Origin: Klebsormidium nitens | Taxonomy: Eukaryota; Plantae; Klebsormidiophyceae | Reading direction: 5' to 3' | DNA: 64,000 nt | NCBI GenBank assembly: GCA_000708835.1 | Contig: DF236973.1 | Location: 170,699 to 234,698 of the forward strand | Shown here: piece by piece, positions 50,419-62,900 of the stretch | Numbering within the stretch: position 1 is the stretch's first letter | Layout: each line of letters starts with the position of its first letter | Translations under genes and position numbers: made by a program | Notes under the pieces: generated by a model | The model's input: the letters and a program-made list of their open reading frames with translations, nothing else | Database searches by the model: none | What the model was told of the DNA's origin: nothing

Positions 50419-51766
50419 TTTGGGAGGAAATTTGCTCATGATTTCTTTCCAAGTCGTTATCTCTATGTATCTCTGCGGTGTACAGATTGTTACAGATCGA
50501 CTTTGCACCATGTTCATTTGTGTGCAGCCATGACTCCGATCAGACAAGCATTGGCTCTCCGTTCAATCAAATTGCTAGCTTCACCTTTTATCTTCTCAAC
50601 AAGATATGGTTCTGCATCCATCGCATGGCTGCACGTCTGACTGCAAACGACCTTTGAAGTCGCCAAACGGATCTGCTTGACGATCTCAGTGAGGATTGAG
50701 CTCATGATACTTACTGTACTCCATCAGATGATTGGCGAACACTTGTGCACTGTGCAGCGTCAGACATCCAATTGCTAGAATGATTGCGTAATGATCGATA
50801 TTGCACAAGTTGTGCCACAATCATCATTATTGACGAGGTGGACGCAGCAGTCTGATATCAGGAGTAGACCATGTGAAATTGTTGCTAAAGATCTGGCCCA
50901 ACGCAAGCGCACAATTCTCGGGACAGCATGCTAGCGCTGGAGCTTGAAACCATTTAAGATTGAAGTATTCACACACTCATGCCCCGGCACTGATCGATTC
51001 TATTGACTCCCTGTACATATCACCTTGATGCCGATGTGTCCAGTAACTCAAAGATCGGAATGATTATGTAGAATTATAGAGTACAAATGGATAACTGCAA
51101 TCTGCAACATGATGTGGAGGACAAACAGTCCGGAGTGTTATTCCTTTGGCACAGGCGCATGCGGACTTCATCATCAAATTATATCACCACTAGGCCGCAA
51201 TGCACCGTCCAAAGCATGGCAGAGCTTGAGAAACACGCTGAGGTTTCAAACGAGCGCCGCTCGGGGCGAGAATAGATTGTTGCTGTGATTGATAATCCCT
51301 GGGACCACCTAAGAACTTCAGGAGATGACCATTTTCGCGAGCTTGCCTTATGCATTCAGGTTCGTACGCACCTGTCAGGTTACACAGCCCCGCATTGTTT
51401 GTCGACTGTTACACTATCAGGATCGATATCATTTAACATTAGTAGTCCAGGGTACGGAGCAGCCAAGAAGGACCAGGGAATCACCTCTTCCTGACCCGGT
51501 AGACCATCACAATCAAAAAATACTCAGATTACTTGAAGGTCATATCTCTGATTGGATGACTCGCATGGTCCGCAAAAGTACGTGTAAAATAGGATGGCTA
51601 AAACTTTGTGGATTTCAACAAGACTCTTGGGCTCATGCCCCAGATGGGCTTGAGTAGTACAAGCCAGATCCTGGGACAGGAAAGCGCTCTAACAAATCCA
51701 GCAGCCGTACTTCGCATCCACAAACACTGTTTGAACGTCCCCGGTACCTGCCTACTATCTCTCGTA

Positions 51767-53125
51767 TCAATTGTTCCACTCTATTGCGAGGTAGAAGATA
51801 AGCATTCTCTCCGGAATGGCCAGATACTTTCTCTGTACAGACTTCCCACTCGATGCCAGAAGTTTTACATTGGGTGACCTGTAACCCCGACCTGTAACAG
51901 CGGTATCTTTCCACTTCTGCTTCCAAAGGGTTTCCTTAATCGCGCCCGTCGCAAGTCTCGATTTCAACGATACCTTGTCTTCTGGAGTCTGCAGTTGCTT
52001 CCAGGGGTTGACATGGATCGAAAAGTCGCACTCGTCTTCACTTTGCCGCTGTATTTGCAAGTCAAACAGGTAGCCATCCACGAAGATTGGCGGAACTTTG
52101 ACGTTCTCTCCGAGTTCCAAGGCTACCAGCGTGCTCTCAGCGACCCCCTCGAAGCAGACCCAAGGCCTATGGAGACCACATGCGGTGTTAGACGGCCGCG
52201 CGCTAATCTTGCTCAGATCGAAGCTCCCAGGATTCTCCGATGATTGGCCCATTCTGAATCGAAGTGCTTCTTTGATGAGCCCAGCCGCTGAAGGCCTTGT
52301 CATATCAGGTCGTGCGCTGATGGCCAGCAGGAAGTCGCCGGTCATATGGCCAAACTTGAGTGCAGTAAGAAGTTCTCCTAGAGCAGCTTTCCGCGCTGAT
52401 GGACCCTTGCAGTTCTCCTCAATCCAGTCCCAAACAATGCAGAAGCAGGTGTTCTCCGAGTTGATCCGAGACACATTGCTTTCCAAAGCAATCTTCAGCA
52501 CTTCGAGGGAAAGGGAGACGTGCTTTCCTGAGGTAAAGAGCTCATCTAGATTCTCTAGCTTCTTTTCCAAGGTTTTGCGACTGCATTCAACGAACCGCTG
52601 CAAGCAAGCCTGCTGTTGCAAGAAGTCCGGCAAGGAGAGGAACATGCTCGCGTCTTCTATTGTATCCAGGGAAGTTTCTAGAATGTCAGCACAGATTGGG
52701 AAGCACTCTGTAACTCGAAACTTATCTGCTAGAACTAGTAAGGCCAGCACCTTTTCTTTTTCATCTGCAATTTCATCAATCAGGTCAGAGTTGTAGCAGA
52801 ATTTCAGAAGGGTGCACATCAAGTCCGCTTCCTCCTTTGAGTGCAGCATCACACTAGGTGTTGAGCTACTCCCCTGCATCTCACTATTCAGCAGCTTGTC
52901 TAAAACCTCGCTCTTCGTCGCCAGAATAGCTGCATTCACGTGCACATTTTGTGAGGCCATGCAATCTGCTGCATCGGTTCCTCTCTTCCTCTTCCCCTTC
53001 TTCAAGACCTGATCAGCGTCCCCCTTAAAGTCCGAGGCCTTTGCGTCCCCTCCTGGATACTTGAGGCAGAGGACGTGTGTTGAGTACTTTTGCACATCGA
53101 AGCACTCGTCCAAAGACAGCGCCAT
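51767..53125 (-). CDS. Intronless BTB/POZ-BACK protein (LRB/POB1-like CUL3 adaptor), 452 aa
   Basis: MALSLDECFD...VHVNAAILATKSEVLDKLLNSEMQ...LLKFCY...LLVLADKFRV..C; BACK motif SENTCFCIVWDW...LKFGHMTGDFL; beta-rich C-terminal domain (IFVDGYLFDL). Upstream acceptor ctacag suggests a 5'UTR intron. Confidence 0.9.
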   Translation of the reverse strand: MALSLDECFDVQKYSTHVLCLKYPGGDAKASDFKGDADQVLKKGKRKRGTDAADCMASQNVHVNAAILATKSEVLDKLLNSEMQGSSSTPSVMLHSKEEADLMCTLLKFCYNSDLIDEIADEKEKVLALLVLADKFRVTECFPICADILETSLDTIEDASMFLSLPDFLQQQACLQRFVECSRKTLEKKLENLDELFTSGKHVSLSLEVLKIALESNVSRINSENTCFCIVWDWIEENCKGPSARKAALGELLTALKFGHMTGDFLLAISARPDMTRPSAAGLIKEALRFRMGQSSENPGSFDLSKISARPSNTACGLHRPWVCFEGVAESTLVALELGENVKVPPIFVDGYLFDLQIQRQSEDECDFSIHVNPWKQLQTPEDKVSLKSRLATGAIKETLWKQKWKDTAVTGRGYRSPNVKLLASSGKSVQRKYLAIPERMLIFYLAIEWNN

Positions 53126-53823
53126 GTCCACAGCCTTCTCCTGTAGCAGAATCACAGCATGTCTTCAGAGAAACTGAGATACCAGAGTTGTTGAAGAAAA
53201 GGGCGCATCAGCACCGGTTCGAGATCCTGAAGGGCGCCAAAACTCAAACACAAATGACATGCGTCCCCGGCCTGCGCTCCTGCGTGCCACCTTCGAAGAA
53301 CTTATCAGACAAGGTTGGGGGATGCTGCGCATGCTGCTGCGGCTGCTTCCTTTCAAGGGACCGCCATCCTAGATTTCAGAGTTGAGGCATTCAATTGAAG
53401 CAAGTGGTTTCCGAAAGGCGCCACCTCGCGCGGTAAGTCAGGACAAGAATTTTCGGACGCATACTCGAGCAGGCTTCAGGGACCAGCCTAACGTCAACGG
53501 AGCGGGAAACATTGAATTGCTGAAGGCGCCACGTGTCTTCGACGCCGAAAATGGTCGGAGACTTGGACAGAGATATGCTGTTCAGTAACGTCGGTCTGGC
53601 TCTCGAAGTAAGTTCTGAGATGGTGAGACACGCCTTGGAAGAATTCGTAGCCACAGACGCAAGCATTTGAGAAGACGAGTTTCTTCCGAAGGCTAAGGTG
53701 CTTGAAAGCTCCAGGTTTCTAGCTGCGAAAGCAGGAGGCGATTCGAGCTCTTCATCTGATCAGGCATTGGTGCAATAGGATCTACAGTAGGGGCGCTAGC
53801 TTCACGCAGTTGCTTGTGCCAGC

Positions 53824-54879
53824 ATGGCGCCTCTTACGTCACGCGCGCGTGGCATCCTGATATGCGCGCCTCTGCTTCTGCTGTGCATGGTCTGCCTGAC
53901 GTACAAAACAGCCTTGCTAGACCGCTTTTTCGTTGAGAGCCAGGTCATGCAGGACAGCATCAGAAGCGCAGATGGAGTTCTTCGCCACCTGTACCTGAAA
54001 GCAAGGGCCACCGCTGAGGCTAGCGTGAATCACCCTGCCGGTCTGCTGTTGCTAGGAGAGCTTTCCTTCCTGATCTTTATCAGCGCGCTGATGGGGGGCA
54101 TCGAGTCCTGCAGAGTGCGGGGCCTCTTCTTCATGCAGATTGCGGCTGCCATTCCTGGCCAGTTCCTGATCACAGCATCGCTCAGCAGCAGCCTCGTGTC
54201 CTTCTGCTTCGTCTGGGTGCCTTTCCTGCTCAACGGATTCCAAGGGGATCGAAGCGCTCAGTGCGCCGAGAGACGCAAGCTCACCGATCGCATGTACTCC
54301 CTCATTAGCTTAATCCCAGCGCAGATCCTGACGCCCTGCTTCTTTGCCTTCGTTTTCGCACACCACCATCCAGAAAGCCCCTGGTACAATTTCCTGGCAG
54401 CGTTTGGCGGCTATCTTCAGATCTTCTTTTGGATGATCTCACCGCAATTGAGAGCTGAAAGCACCGCTGAACAGATGGAACGGTATGCAGTCGAGGCGTA
54501 TCAAGGTGTCGCTCTGACCATTGTGGGCTGGCGCTTATTCACACTCTTCTGCCTTCGAGATGGCTTTGTAGTCCTGTTGTCGCTCCTCAAGGCAACAGCA
54601 GAGACTGCTGAATCGCAACCGGCTTTCGTCTTCTTCTTGGTTGACTTGATTGGCCTCACGCTGGCGCTCACTTACCTTGCTCTGCTGGAGGACGGGCCGG
54701 TGGTTGCTCTCTGCACGCTGGTGGGGGCGCTCAGTTTTCGAGGACCGGCACCAACCTTTGCAATCTACTGCGTTTATCGGGAGCTTAAGATTCAAGAGTC
54801 CTTAAAAGATCCGACCGTGACAACGAAGCAAAGGAAGAGGCAAAGGAAGAATACAACACATGCAGCCAAACGGAAGTAG
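53824..54879 (+). CDS. Intronless polytopic membrane protein (351 aa, roughly 7-8 TM), family uncertain
   Basis: Long ORF with repeated hydrophobic helices and a basic C-terminal tail. The C-terminal region FFLVDLIG...GPAPTFAIYCVYRE resembles fungal PaxA/AtmA-type membrane proteins (recalled pattern, not verified). Confidence 0.8.
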   Translation: MAPLTSRARGILICAPLLLLCMVCLTYKTALLDRFFVESQVMQDSIRSADGVLRHLYLKARATAEASVNHPAGLLLLGELSFLIFISALMGGIESCRVRGLFFMQIAAAIPGQFLITASLSSSLVSFCFVWVPFLLNGFQGDRSAQCAERRKLTDRMYSLISLIPAQILTPCFFAFVFAHHHPESPWYNFLAAFGGYLQIFFWMISPQLRAESTAEQMERYAVEAYQGVALTIVGWRLFTLFCLRDGFVVLLSLLKATAETAESQPAFVFFLVDLIGLTLALTYLALLEDGPVVALCTLVGALSFRGPAPTFAIYCVYRELKIQESLKDPTVTTKQRKRQRKNTTHAAKRK

Positions 54880-55931
54880 CACGAGACTCTGCAAAGGTTG
54901 ACATTGAGAGTTATGTACGAAGCAATCTGTAATCCATCGTGAACGTCTGAGTCAAGGTTAGCTTTTTGAGATGCTTCGGATACAAACAGCAGTCGTCTTG
55001 ACCAGGAGGTCGGTACTTTTACAAAGAACTCTCTCAGCAGGAAATAGGCACAAAGATGACAATCGCATTATTCATCAATTCGCCCGTTCAATGTTTGTTG
55101 TATCGTTGTTATGAATGGCCCTGCAGTCGATCAGTGGAACTACGGCCAATTCCGGATCCACACTTGCTGTTCTTTTGCCTTTGACATCACGATGCATAAT
55201 TTTCATGCGAATGTTGATGGTTAGAGACGACACTTTGATCTGCCACATGACAATTTGTCGAACTTTCTTCAATTTGAAAGGCATTCAAGCTTGCTCGCAC
55301 TCTCTATAGGCTAGAGCTAGCTCTTACCGATGAATTCTCCAAAATTCTCTTCCGGTTTATCTTGTGTACCAAACGCACATACGCAGGTCGACATCCGACG
55401 ACATGTTGAGTCGATGCATGTGTGTTACTTGTCTGCATGATTACTTATATACATTGATTCTCTTCATATGTATATATACGCGGAAAAACCCATGCATTAT
55501 GACAAAGCGACACCTGCGATGCCCATGTGCATGTTCATGGCGTCTGACCAAGTCGGATTAGCTTATAGCTGCGCAGCATAGGCGCCGCCGGCAATGAATC
55601 TCGATGCAATAAAGGTTTTGCAGAATTGATTTGCAGCCATGGGGGCCGATTCATACAGGCGGCTACATCGAGTGCATGCCTACCGTACGACGGAGAATAC
55701 GTGCATATTGTGCTTACACGAGCTTGCGCGCAACACACCATCGTCACATGTACCTCCACACCAATTGCTGGCATGTAGAGCGCGCGGTTACATTGAATCT
55801 GAGAAAAGAACGGTCGGACCCCCCGCTTTTTGAAAACTCAGCATGACAGGTTTCTCGCTGCTTCTCAAAGGGACTCAGACTGATAGGAGCGGCTTGGAAA
55901 GCCGACGGAGTTGAGCTCGAGGTACTTCTAG

Positions 55932-58900
55932 CTATAACGCAGAGACGCGATGCTCCTGTGCTGCTTCTTGGATTCTCGCAAAGAAGATCTGGCATGCTTT
56001 CAGGGCCGCGTCATCTGCATGAAAGAAACCGTAGAGCTTGAGTCGAACAAGTCGCCTCTGCAATTGGAGAACGTGTGGTCGGAAAGTCCTGGTGAAGCCT
56101 TTGTTCAAGGTCCAGCAGGACATTGGCTGGGCTCTAGCGCTGACTGTAGTCGTTCCCTCTACAAGGATAACAGTTGTCTCAACATCTAATCATTCTAACG
56201 GCTTGGTTTGGCAAAATGTATGTTCTGACGTCGCGCTGACTCCGCAATCCCTTGTCCACCTCAGATGGGTGAGAAACGAGCGGGATCGACTAAACAGAAG
56301 CGCGATCAGACCACAGGAAACGAAGAGACAGGGCTCAATCAGAAAACGGACTGTTATGCAGATTTGACCGCAAATGCGGCCTCGTCTAGGATTGAGACCG
56401 CCCAGAAGGCTCCAGCGACTCTATCCCAAGCTGCTGTCAACGGCTTCAATAAGCGTCACTTTAATGACCTAGTTTTGGGACCACGTGGCCCTGAGGATGC
56501 CGTACAACCGTCGGGTTCTGAAACGCGGATGCGAGCTTTTGGGAGGATAGCTTCATGAAGTCGTTGTCACCTGCAACGAAGAACAAATTGACCATCTCAA
56601 GAAAGGAGGAAGGGGCATGGAGACGAGTGGTTCTGAACTGGAAGCCGCCTTCTCAAGAATGATCCATGACAGGAATGTCTGAAGATGATTTCACAAGAGG
56701 CGAAAGGAAACACGTATCAATGCTCAGCGCACTCTCAACGATCACCTGCGGCTCAACGGGGTGCAATCCCCATGTCCGTATCAAAACTCGCGAGCATCAT
56801 CAACGTTCAGAGCATAAGCGGGTCAGAGCGTTACTTTTCGATTCCAAGAGGCGAGCAATCCCCACTTGACAGAAAAGCTTGTAAGGATCAGCTACTTTCG
56901 TTAAACGGTCAAAAGAGGTCAACTGACAAAAGAAAGAGCGTGACCAACGGATACCGGCATGAACAGAATGAGCGACTTTCATCGTTTCTAATTCTATCTA
57001 GAACCAGGTTTGCGCGGTTGAAAGGCGCTATCTTTCGAGCTGGACGTGATTCTGATTAGCTGGGCGATGGGGGGCGTCGATGAGACGACTACAAGCCAGT
57101 GACTAAGATGCTACCACCTGTCGCCAACGGAACCACAATTGAAAGAGGAGCCACACAAAATTAAGCTTCATCACAAAAATTGGAGCGAGGGTACCGTACC
57201 GATAAGATGAAGCGACGGGCAGCGGATGGGTGTTTCGTAGAGGTCCCGGAAAGCCTCGGCACGTGACCGGCCTCCTCCAACGAAGACGCAGCACCTCAGC
57301 GGGGGAACGCCTTGCAAAACCGCGCCCTGCGGTTTGAAGGATCATATGGCACTGGTTACAAGCGTGAACTTTGCTCTTAGTGGAACCAGCGGCCGCACAG
57401 TAACCCTTCTCGTCAACCTGATGACCTGCGTTCTGGATCCTCGAAAGTGTGGGCCCTTTTCTTGAAGGTTTCCCGTTCGCATAGCCGGATGGCCAGGACT
57501 CATGCATTGTAAAAGGTTGTTGCAGGAAACAAGGCTCCTTGGAAGGAGAAAGATCGGAATGTCCAAGCTTTCCGGTGAGCCAGAACTTCCTTCTGCTTCC
57601 TCAGTGCCAATGAAGCGCGCCCAGAGAAACGACACGCTCGGGAACCTTCTTAAAGCTTGCTGCGGCAAGGCACAGCAAGAGATGAAAAGCTAGAAAGAAA
57701 GGCAGAAGGAAAACAAGGCGACGAAATGGGTGCCACGGGAGACAACCAAGACGGCAACGAGAGGGGGCTGTCAGTCTGCCGACGTACCTTTTGTTGGAGT
57801 GCGACAAGAATAGAGGAGACAATGGCTCCCTGCACATTGAGGAACCGGCGTTGAATGAAGGATCACTTTTGGAGGATAGACTTTTCCGGCAGAAAGTCCT
57901 GTACGGCGCTTTTCTTCAAGACTGTCTGTTTGGAGAGACTCAGGGCAAGTATGCATCAACTTTCTACCGGCTTGGATTCTCTTCATTGCTGTTCTTGAAG
58001 GTCTGGAATCATCTCGAGTGACTTCCTTCGTAGGAATGTCTGCAGACAAAGGGTCAGGTCCAAGGATGCATGAAGGCGATGCTTAAAAAGAGCAGCACAT
58101 ATGATTAGGCCAGCAGAGCCCCTCACTTGGGAAAAGCCCATGAGGCCGTCAAAGGGCCCGTGCATTGTTAGGTAGTCTGTGACGTAAGCGATGGTGTCAT
58201 CAATGCCCCGGAACTCCTTCCGGTCCTGCGACGTAAGATGGATTACGTTAAAGCTCAAAACGAAGGGCAATAGCGGGCCTGACGATGGATTGACGGCCAC
58301 ATCTCTGCTGCTCGTTATCGAGAGGATATCCAGACCTTGCAGTGTATCCACGAAGCTTCACACTTGGTGGCTGAACAGCCAGAAAGGCTTTTCTCCTGAC
58401 CAGAAAGTACAAATCTGCGCGACAAGACTGCACACCGACTGAAAGCCAAAGCGCAGAGTAAACTACTCTTAAGTCTCAGAAAGTTCCAGGGCAAAGAAAA
58501 AAGATAGACAGCAAGGCTATCACCGTAGTCGCAGATAGTGATTCTAGACCCTCTCGTCATATGGTCTGCCCCACAACTTGAGCGCACTTCCAAATCCTGC
58601 ATTTGTATGCAGTGCACTATCAAACAAAGGGGCCCATGCAGATTCCAGTAATCCTCGGGTGGGCATGAACAAAAAAGCGCTGGCAGCTTACCAACTCACA
58701 TCCGATAGATTCGCCCACTCAAAGTATGGAGGGTCATAAACGGCCGCAACATCAGACGGGCCAGCTGCCTGGTGTGGGGCATCCAAGAACACCTGTACAA
58801 AGCAGTTCCTCTTGGTCACACTTCATTGAGACCAGTTCTATGTGTGGCCCAGTCTGGAATTTGCTAGAGAATCTGCTGCGGGACTGAATTTCCAAGATCT

Positions 58901-59495
58901 GCGGATTGCGCTTACCATTGATAAATTCAAAACGTGCTATGTGAGCTTGAAGATGTCGATAGCATCATTTAAGTAGGAGGTGATAGATACATGGCATTGT
59001 CTCTGCCGTTCAATTGCAGCAGTTTTTAGCATCAGGCAAACACATCCACCTATGCTTTTGAGCAGCCAGATGATTGAGGCCATCCAGATCAACGTACCAA
59101 GAACCCCTGTGTTCCACAAACCTTCGACTCAATCAGATGCATGTTTGCAGATTGCTATCAGTCATAGCTCAGTCTGTGGAGGGGAGGTAGCAGCCGCCAG
59201 CAGCTCAGAGCGCCACCACATACGTCGAGTAGTGCGCCAGGTATTACCACTGTGACTTAAAAACAATCTGGATTAATCCCTACGTGCATGCAGCAGGTAC
59301 CTTCCAGTAGATAAAAGGTCGCATTCTTCTGAGCAATGCCTTTCAATCTCCTCTAACATTGGCATCACTCACCATGTCCAACTGCTCTTCAAAGTGCTGT
59401 GTCCACATGGCCCGCTCCATCTGCTTCTGAAAGATATGGGCGCTGGTTCGAAAGGAATGTAGGCACAGAAGCCGGAGCTTCTTGATGGACCCCAT
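55932..59495 (-). CDS. FSH1/OVCA2-family serine hydrolase, about 222 aa, 7 exons
   Basis: Exons 59495-59373 (KLRLLCLHSFRTSAHIFQKQ), 58792-58700 (VFLDAPH...PPYFEW), 58225-58127 (GPFDGLMGFSQ), 57829-57788 (GA), 57326-57200 (PSLHLIG), 56570-56469 (DNDF...HPQGHVVP) and 56014-55932. All phases are consistent, and the Ser (GFSQG), Asp and His triad is intact. Confidence 0.93.
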
Positions 59496-59972
59496 CTGCC
59501 ACGCAGGAGCTTTGCAGCTTCGCTTCTTCCGTGGCCTCTTCCCGCAATTCTCCAAGCACCACTTTGCCCAGCTAGCTACGACTTACAACTCACAAGTTCA
59601 CTCTTCGATCATGATTGCAAGTTGCAACTTCAATGACAATGTGCAAGTGTGCATCTCGTGACCAGACGTCCAGTCCTAAGGCTACGTGGTGAGAACGGGC
59701 ACGAATTAGAGTGATCCCCCTCGATATGGGTGAAATTGCAGCATCAAAGCTCCAGCCGAGTTGAATCGGTTGACCTGGTCCTGAGATCGACGGTTGGTTG
59801 AGCTTGTCGGACGAAGCAGCGCTCATTCTCATTTTAGGGTTCTTCTGCCTGCAGCAAAGCAGGAGCTTCCCGTTCATTCAGGAATATCTCTGCACATGCA
59901 TGATGCAGCATCCCCTTGCGCAAGCTTGGTTGCTATTGAAGTGCTTCTTTGTGATGCTTTAGAGACTCAACA

Positions 59973-62900
59973 ATGGCCTCCCGAGTGTCTCGTCGCGTGT
60001 ACGCACCGACTCAGGAAGACTGGTTGGTGGACGAAGACCTCGCTGTCCGCAAAGCTTCCACACCTTCCAAGCTTCAAGAAAGAGGATCTTTCTTACACAA
60101 TGCCCCTTCTAATCCGAATAATGATGCTTTCTTAGAGAAGTTGCTGAAGGCGGGGCTTCGAGATGACTTCCAACCTTATCGCCACCAGGTTGAAGGCCTG
60201 AAATGGATGCTGGAGCAAGAGGAACGGACTATGCCCTTGAAAGGCGGCATTCTCGCCGGTGAGAGGCTGGGTGTTTCAGCATTGCCTGCCTTGGCCAATG
60301 CTGATATGAAAGGACACAAGTAACTCTTAGCATTCTCAACTGTCTAGTCTTGGCCTCTCTGGAAGTTCTGGCTTAGAAAGCCGACATTGTCATCAGTCTG
60401 AGGCTGATTGTCTTACAGCGTTGTTGCGATTGTCTCTGTTGAACTGTGGTCACATTTAGTAAAGGAAGGGATCAGACGCATCCTTTTTTTGGGTTGTATT
60501 GTGGTCACATCTTGCGAAGAAAGGAGACAACTGCATCAGATCTCCCTAACGTTGAACTGATAGCAGAGCTGCGTCTTCAATGGCCTTTTGAGCTGCACCT
60601 TGACTCTCGGTTCCTTTCTCCCCTGCCTCTGTCTTGAAAGTATTCAAGACCCTCATATCGCTCACTAACAGTCAGATCTAAGACTGCTTACTTTGTAAGC
60701 TGTTGTGTTGAGGGTGGCTTTCTTGACCGGACCATCGTACATCCTGGGTCCTTCAAACCACTGTTTTGTTGCTCTGCATTTGACCAAATCCTAGTTCGGT
60801 ACTTGATACGACACAATGGGACGAAGGCAAGAATGAGTTGCCCACTTGAGGTAATTGAGCAATCAGAGTAACAGGGAGACAAGCTTTCCTGAACTCCTAG
60901 TACCCAAGTCAAGTACTGTGTAGTAGCCGTTCAATGCTCAGTCAGCTTCTTGCATACCGAGTGTGCTTGGGGAAAGTCCCATGGTCAACAAGTCACAGCC
61001 CCTGGTCTGTCACAAGCGCAACTACTGCTGTGTGTGTCGTGGCAGACTTTCACCGCTGCAGACGACCCCGCTACCGCTTACTAAGCTTTGACAATGTATT
61101 AAACGGAGACTCTTCTGCCGCAGGAGCTTTGAGCGACTAGGTTTTTGCTTTGCAGATGACATGGGCCTGGGCAAGACACTGCAAGTGGTCTGCCTGCTTC
61201 TTCTGCAAGGCGCCAAGTCCTCTGTAGGCGCCTCCAACTGCGGGGGCACCCTGATCCTTTACCCAAAATCGTGAGTTCCCCTTGCCTCCGGATGCTGCGC
61301 GCTCTTTTGATACATCGAGTTGAGGACATCTCAACTTTTGAAGGCTTGGACGTTGCGCAGTAGTACGTTGGTTGGTGATTTGAAAGCCCATGTGGATCCT
61401 TGCAGACATAGAAGCTGATCGATTATCATCCGCATGAGTTCGTCGGGAAGTGAGGCCACATGCTTTGAACACAGTCTTAATTTCTTAGTTAGAAGTGGCC
61501 CTGCCAGCAAAGGAGCAAGTCTGGTCAGCTTTCATTGCAGGAAGTCGATAAAAGTTTCACATAATTGAATCCCTGAGAACCAAACAACCAGTGGCTTATT
61601 TGGTGCTCAGAAAATCGATTTCAACTCAAAAGCTAAGTGCAGATTCTTGCTAGCCATTCCTTGCCCATGCCATGTGCTAAATTGACCTTCTGGGCCTTGA
61701 GGTTGTGAGCGTTCTGGACTCTCTCAGGGTTTCCGGGCTTCAGCGCTATACGTCTCATAGGTGTAACTGTCAGTTGCAACACAAGCTTCTTACCTCGACT
61801 CTGCGCAGGGTCCTCCACGTCTGGCAGAAAGCGCTTGGAGCAGACAAGGAGGCCGAAGCCTACGTCAGAAAGGGCACGTTCCGAGTCCACGAATGGATGG
61901 GAGCCAGCCGCACGCAGAGCGAGGAGGAGCTTCTGAGATACGATGTCGTCATCACAACGTATGAAACGTACCGGAGCAACCAGAAGGGAACGGGGATTGG
62001 GGGCGCGGCGGGGCGAGTGCTATGGTCGAGAGTCGTTCTCGATGAGGTAAACTCTTTTGTCAAATTCCACCAAACGACTTTGCCTTGGGTAGAAGCGTTA
62101 TGCGCTTTGCCGTGCGGAAGGAAGAACGAAACAGAAGAGGAAGAGCTGCTTTTGGGGTTCGGGACTCCCTTCAGAGCCCTTTTGCGATGAGAATTCTGTT
62201 GCCTACCAGCTTAGGTGCTGAAAAGAGCTCGACTCCTGACTGTAATGCTCGAGCCGTTGCCTGGGCCCAAAGAAAGTGACACCAACGGCTTACCACCGAT
62301 GCCAAAGCAAGGAAAGGTTGGTCGCACATGAGGAGGGGACGTCCATCAGTGGCTGGGGTCTCGCCTGCTTATATACCCTGCGGTCGCCGCCAGCCCTTGG
62401 CTTACATGAACACGAGAACTCTACCAGAAGAATCCAACAAACATCAAATGCAGACTCTTGGTTGCTGATAAAGTCGTCACAAAAGCGACGAATACCTGAG
62501 CCACGGGGATCCTGATCCAATCAGAAGGCTGACCGTACAACATAGCCCCTCATCTGTTGTTCGAATTCCCCTCAAAGCTATCGATAGATGCATCCGTTCT
62601 TTCGTTTGCAGGCCACTAAGATTAAGAACCAGAAAACGGCGACGTTCCAAGCGGCAGCAGCCATCAAGGCAACGTTCCGGTGGGCTTTGACGGCGACGCC
62701 CATAGAAAACAGCGTGGAGGTGGGTTTTGGAGTTTTAAGGGTTTAGGATTATAGGTTTTCGGATACCTTGCTGACGAGCCTGCACAATGGATGACATCAC
62801 TCTACACGGCAAATTGGCCATAGAGGTGAAGTAGTTGATGTTTGAGTGTGTCTGTTTGTCCCCTGGAGATTCTTTCGTTCTATTGGCGAAGTTCACATAG

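Noticed and set aside
50420-51766. Short ORFs between the BTB genes (51087-51494)
   Set aside because: Interrupted by stops and without recognisable similarity; treated as intergenic or 3'UTR.
52098-52796. 232-aa plus-strand ORF
   Set aside because: In-register antisense of the BTB gene.
53824-59495. Biosynthetic gene cluster (membrane protein plus FSH1 hydrolase)
   Set aside because: No scaffold-forming enzyme in the window, and FSH1 is a widespread gene; adjacency alone is insufficient.
62110-62160. Possible degenerate echo of SNF2 exon 3 (RNETEEEELLL versus RTQSEEELLR)
   Set aside because: Similarity is short, purine-rich and does not include the junction; not convincing.
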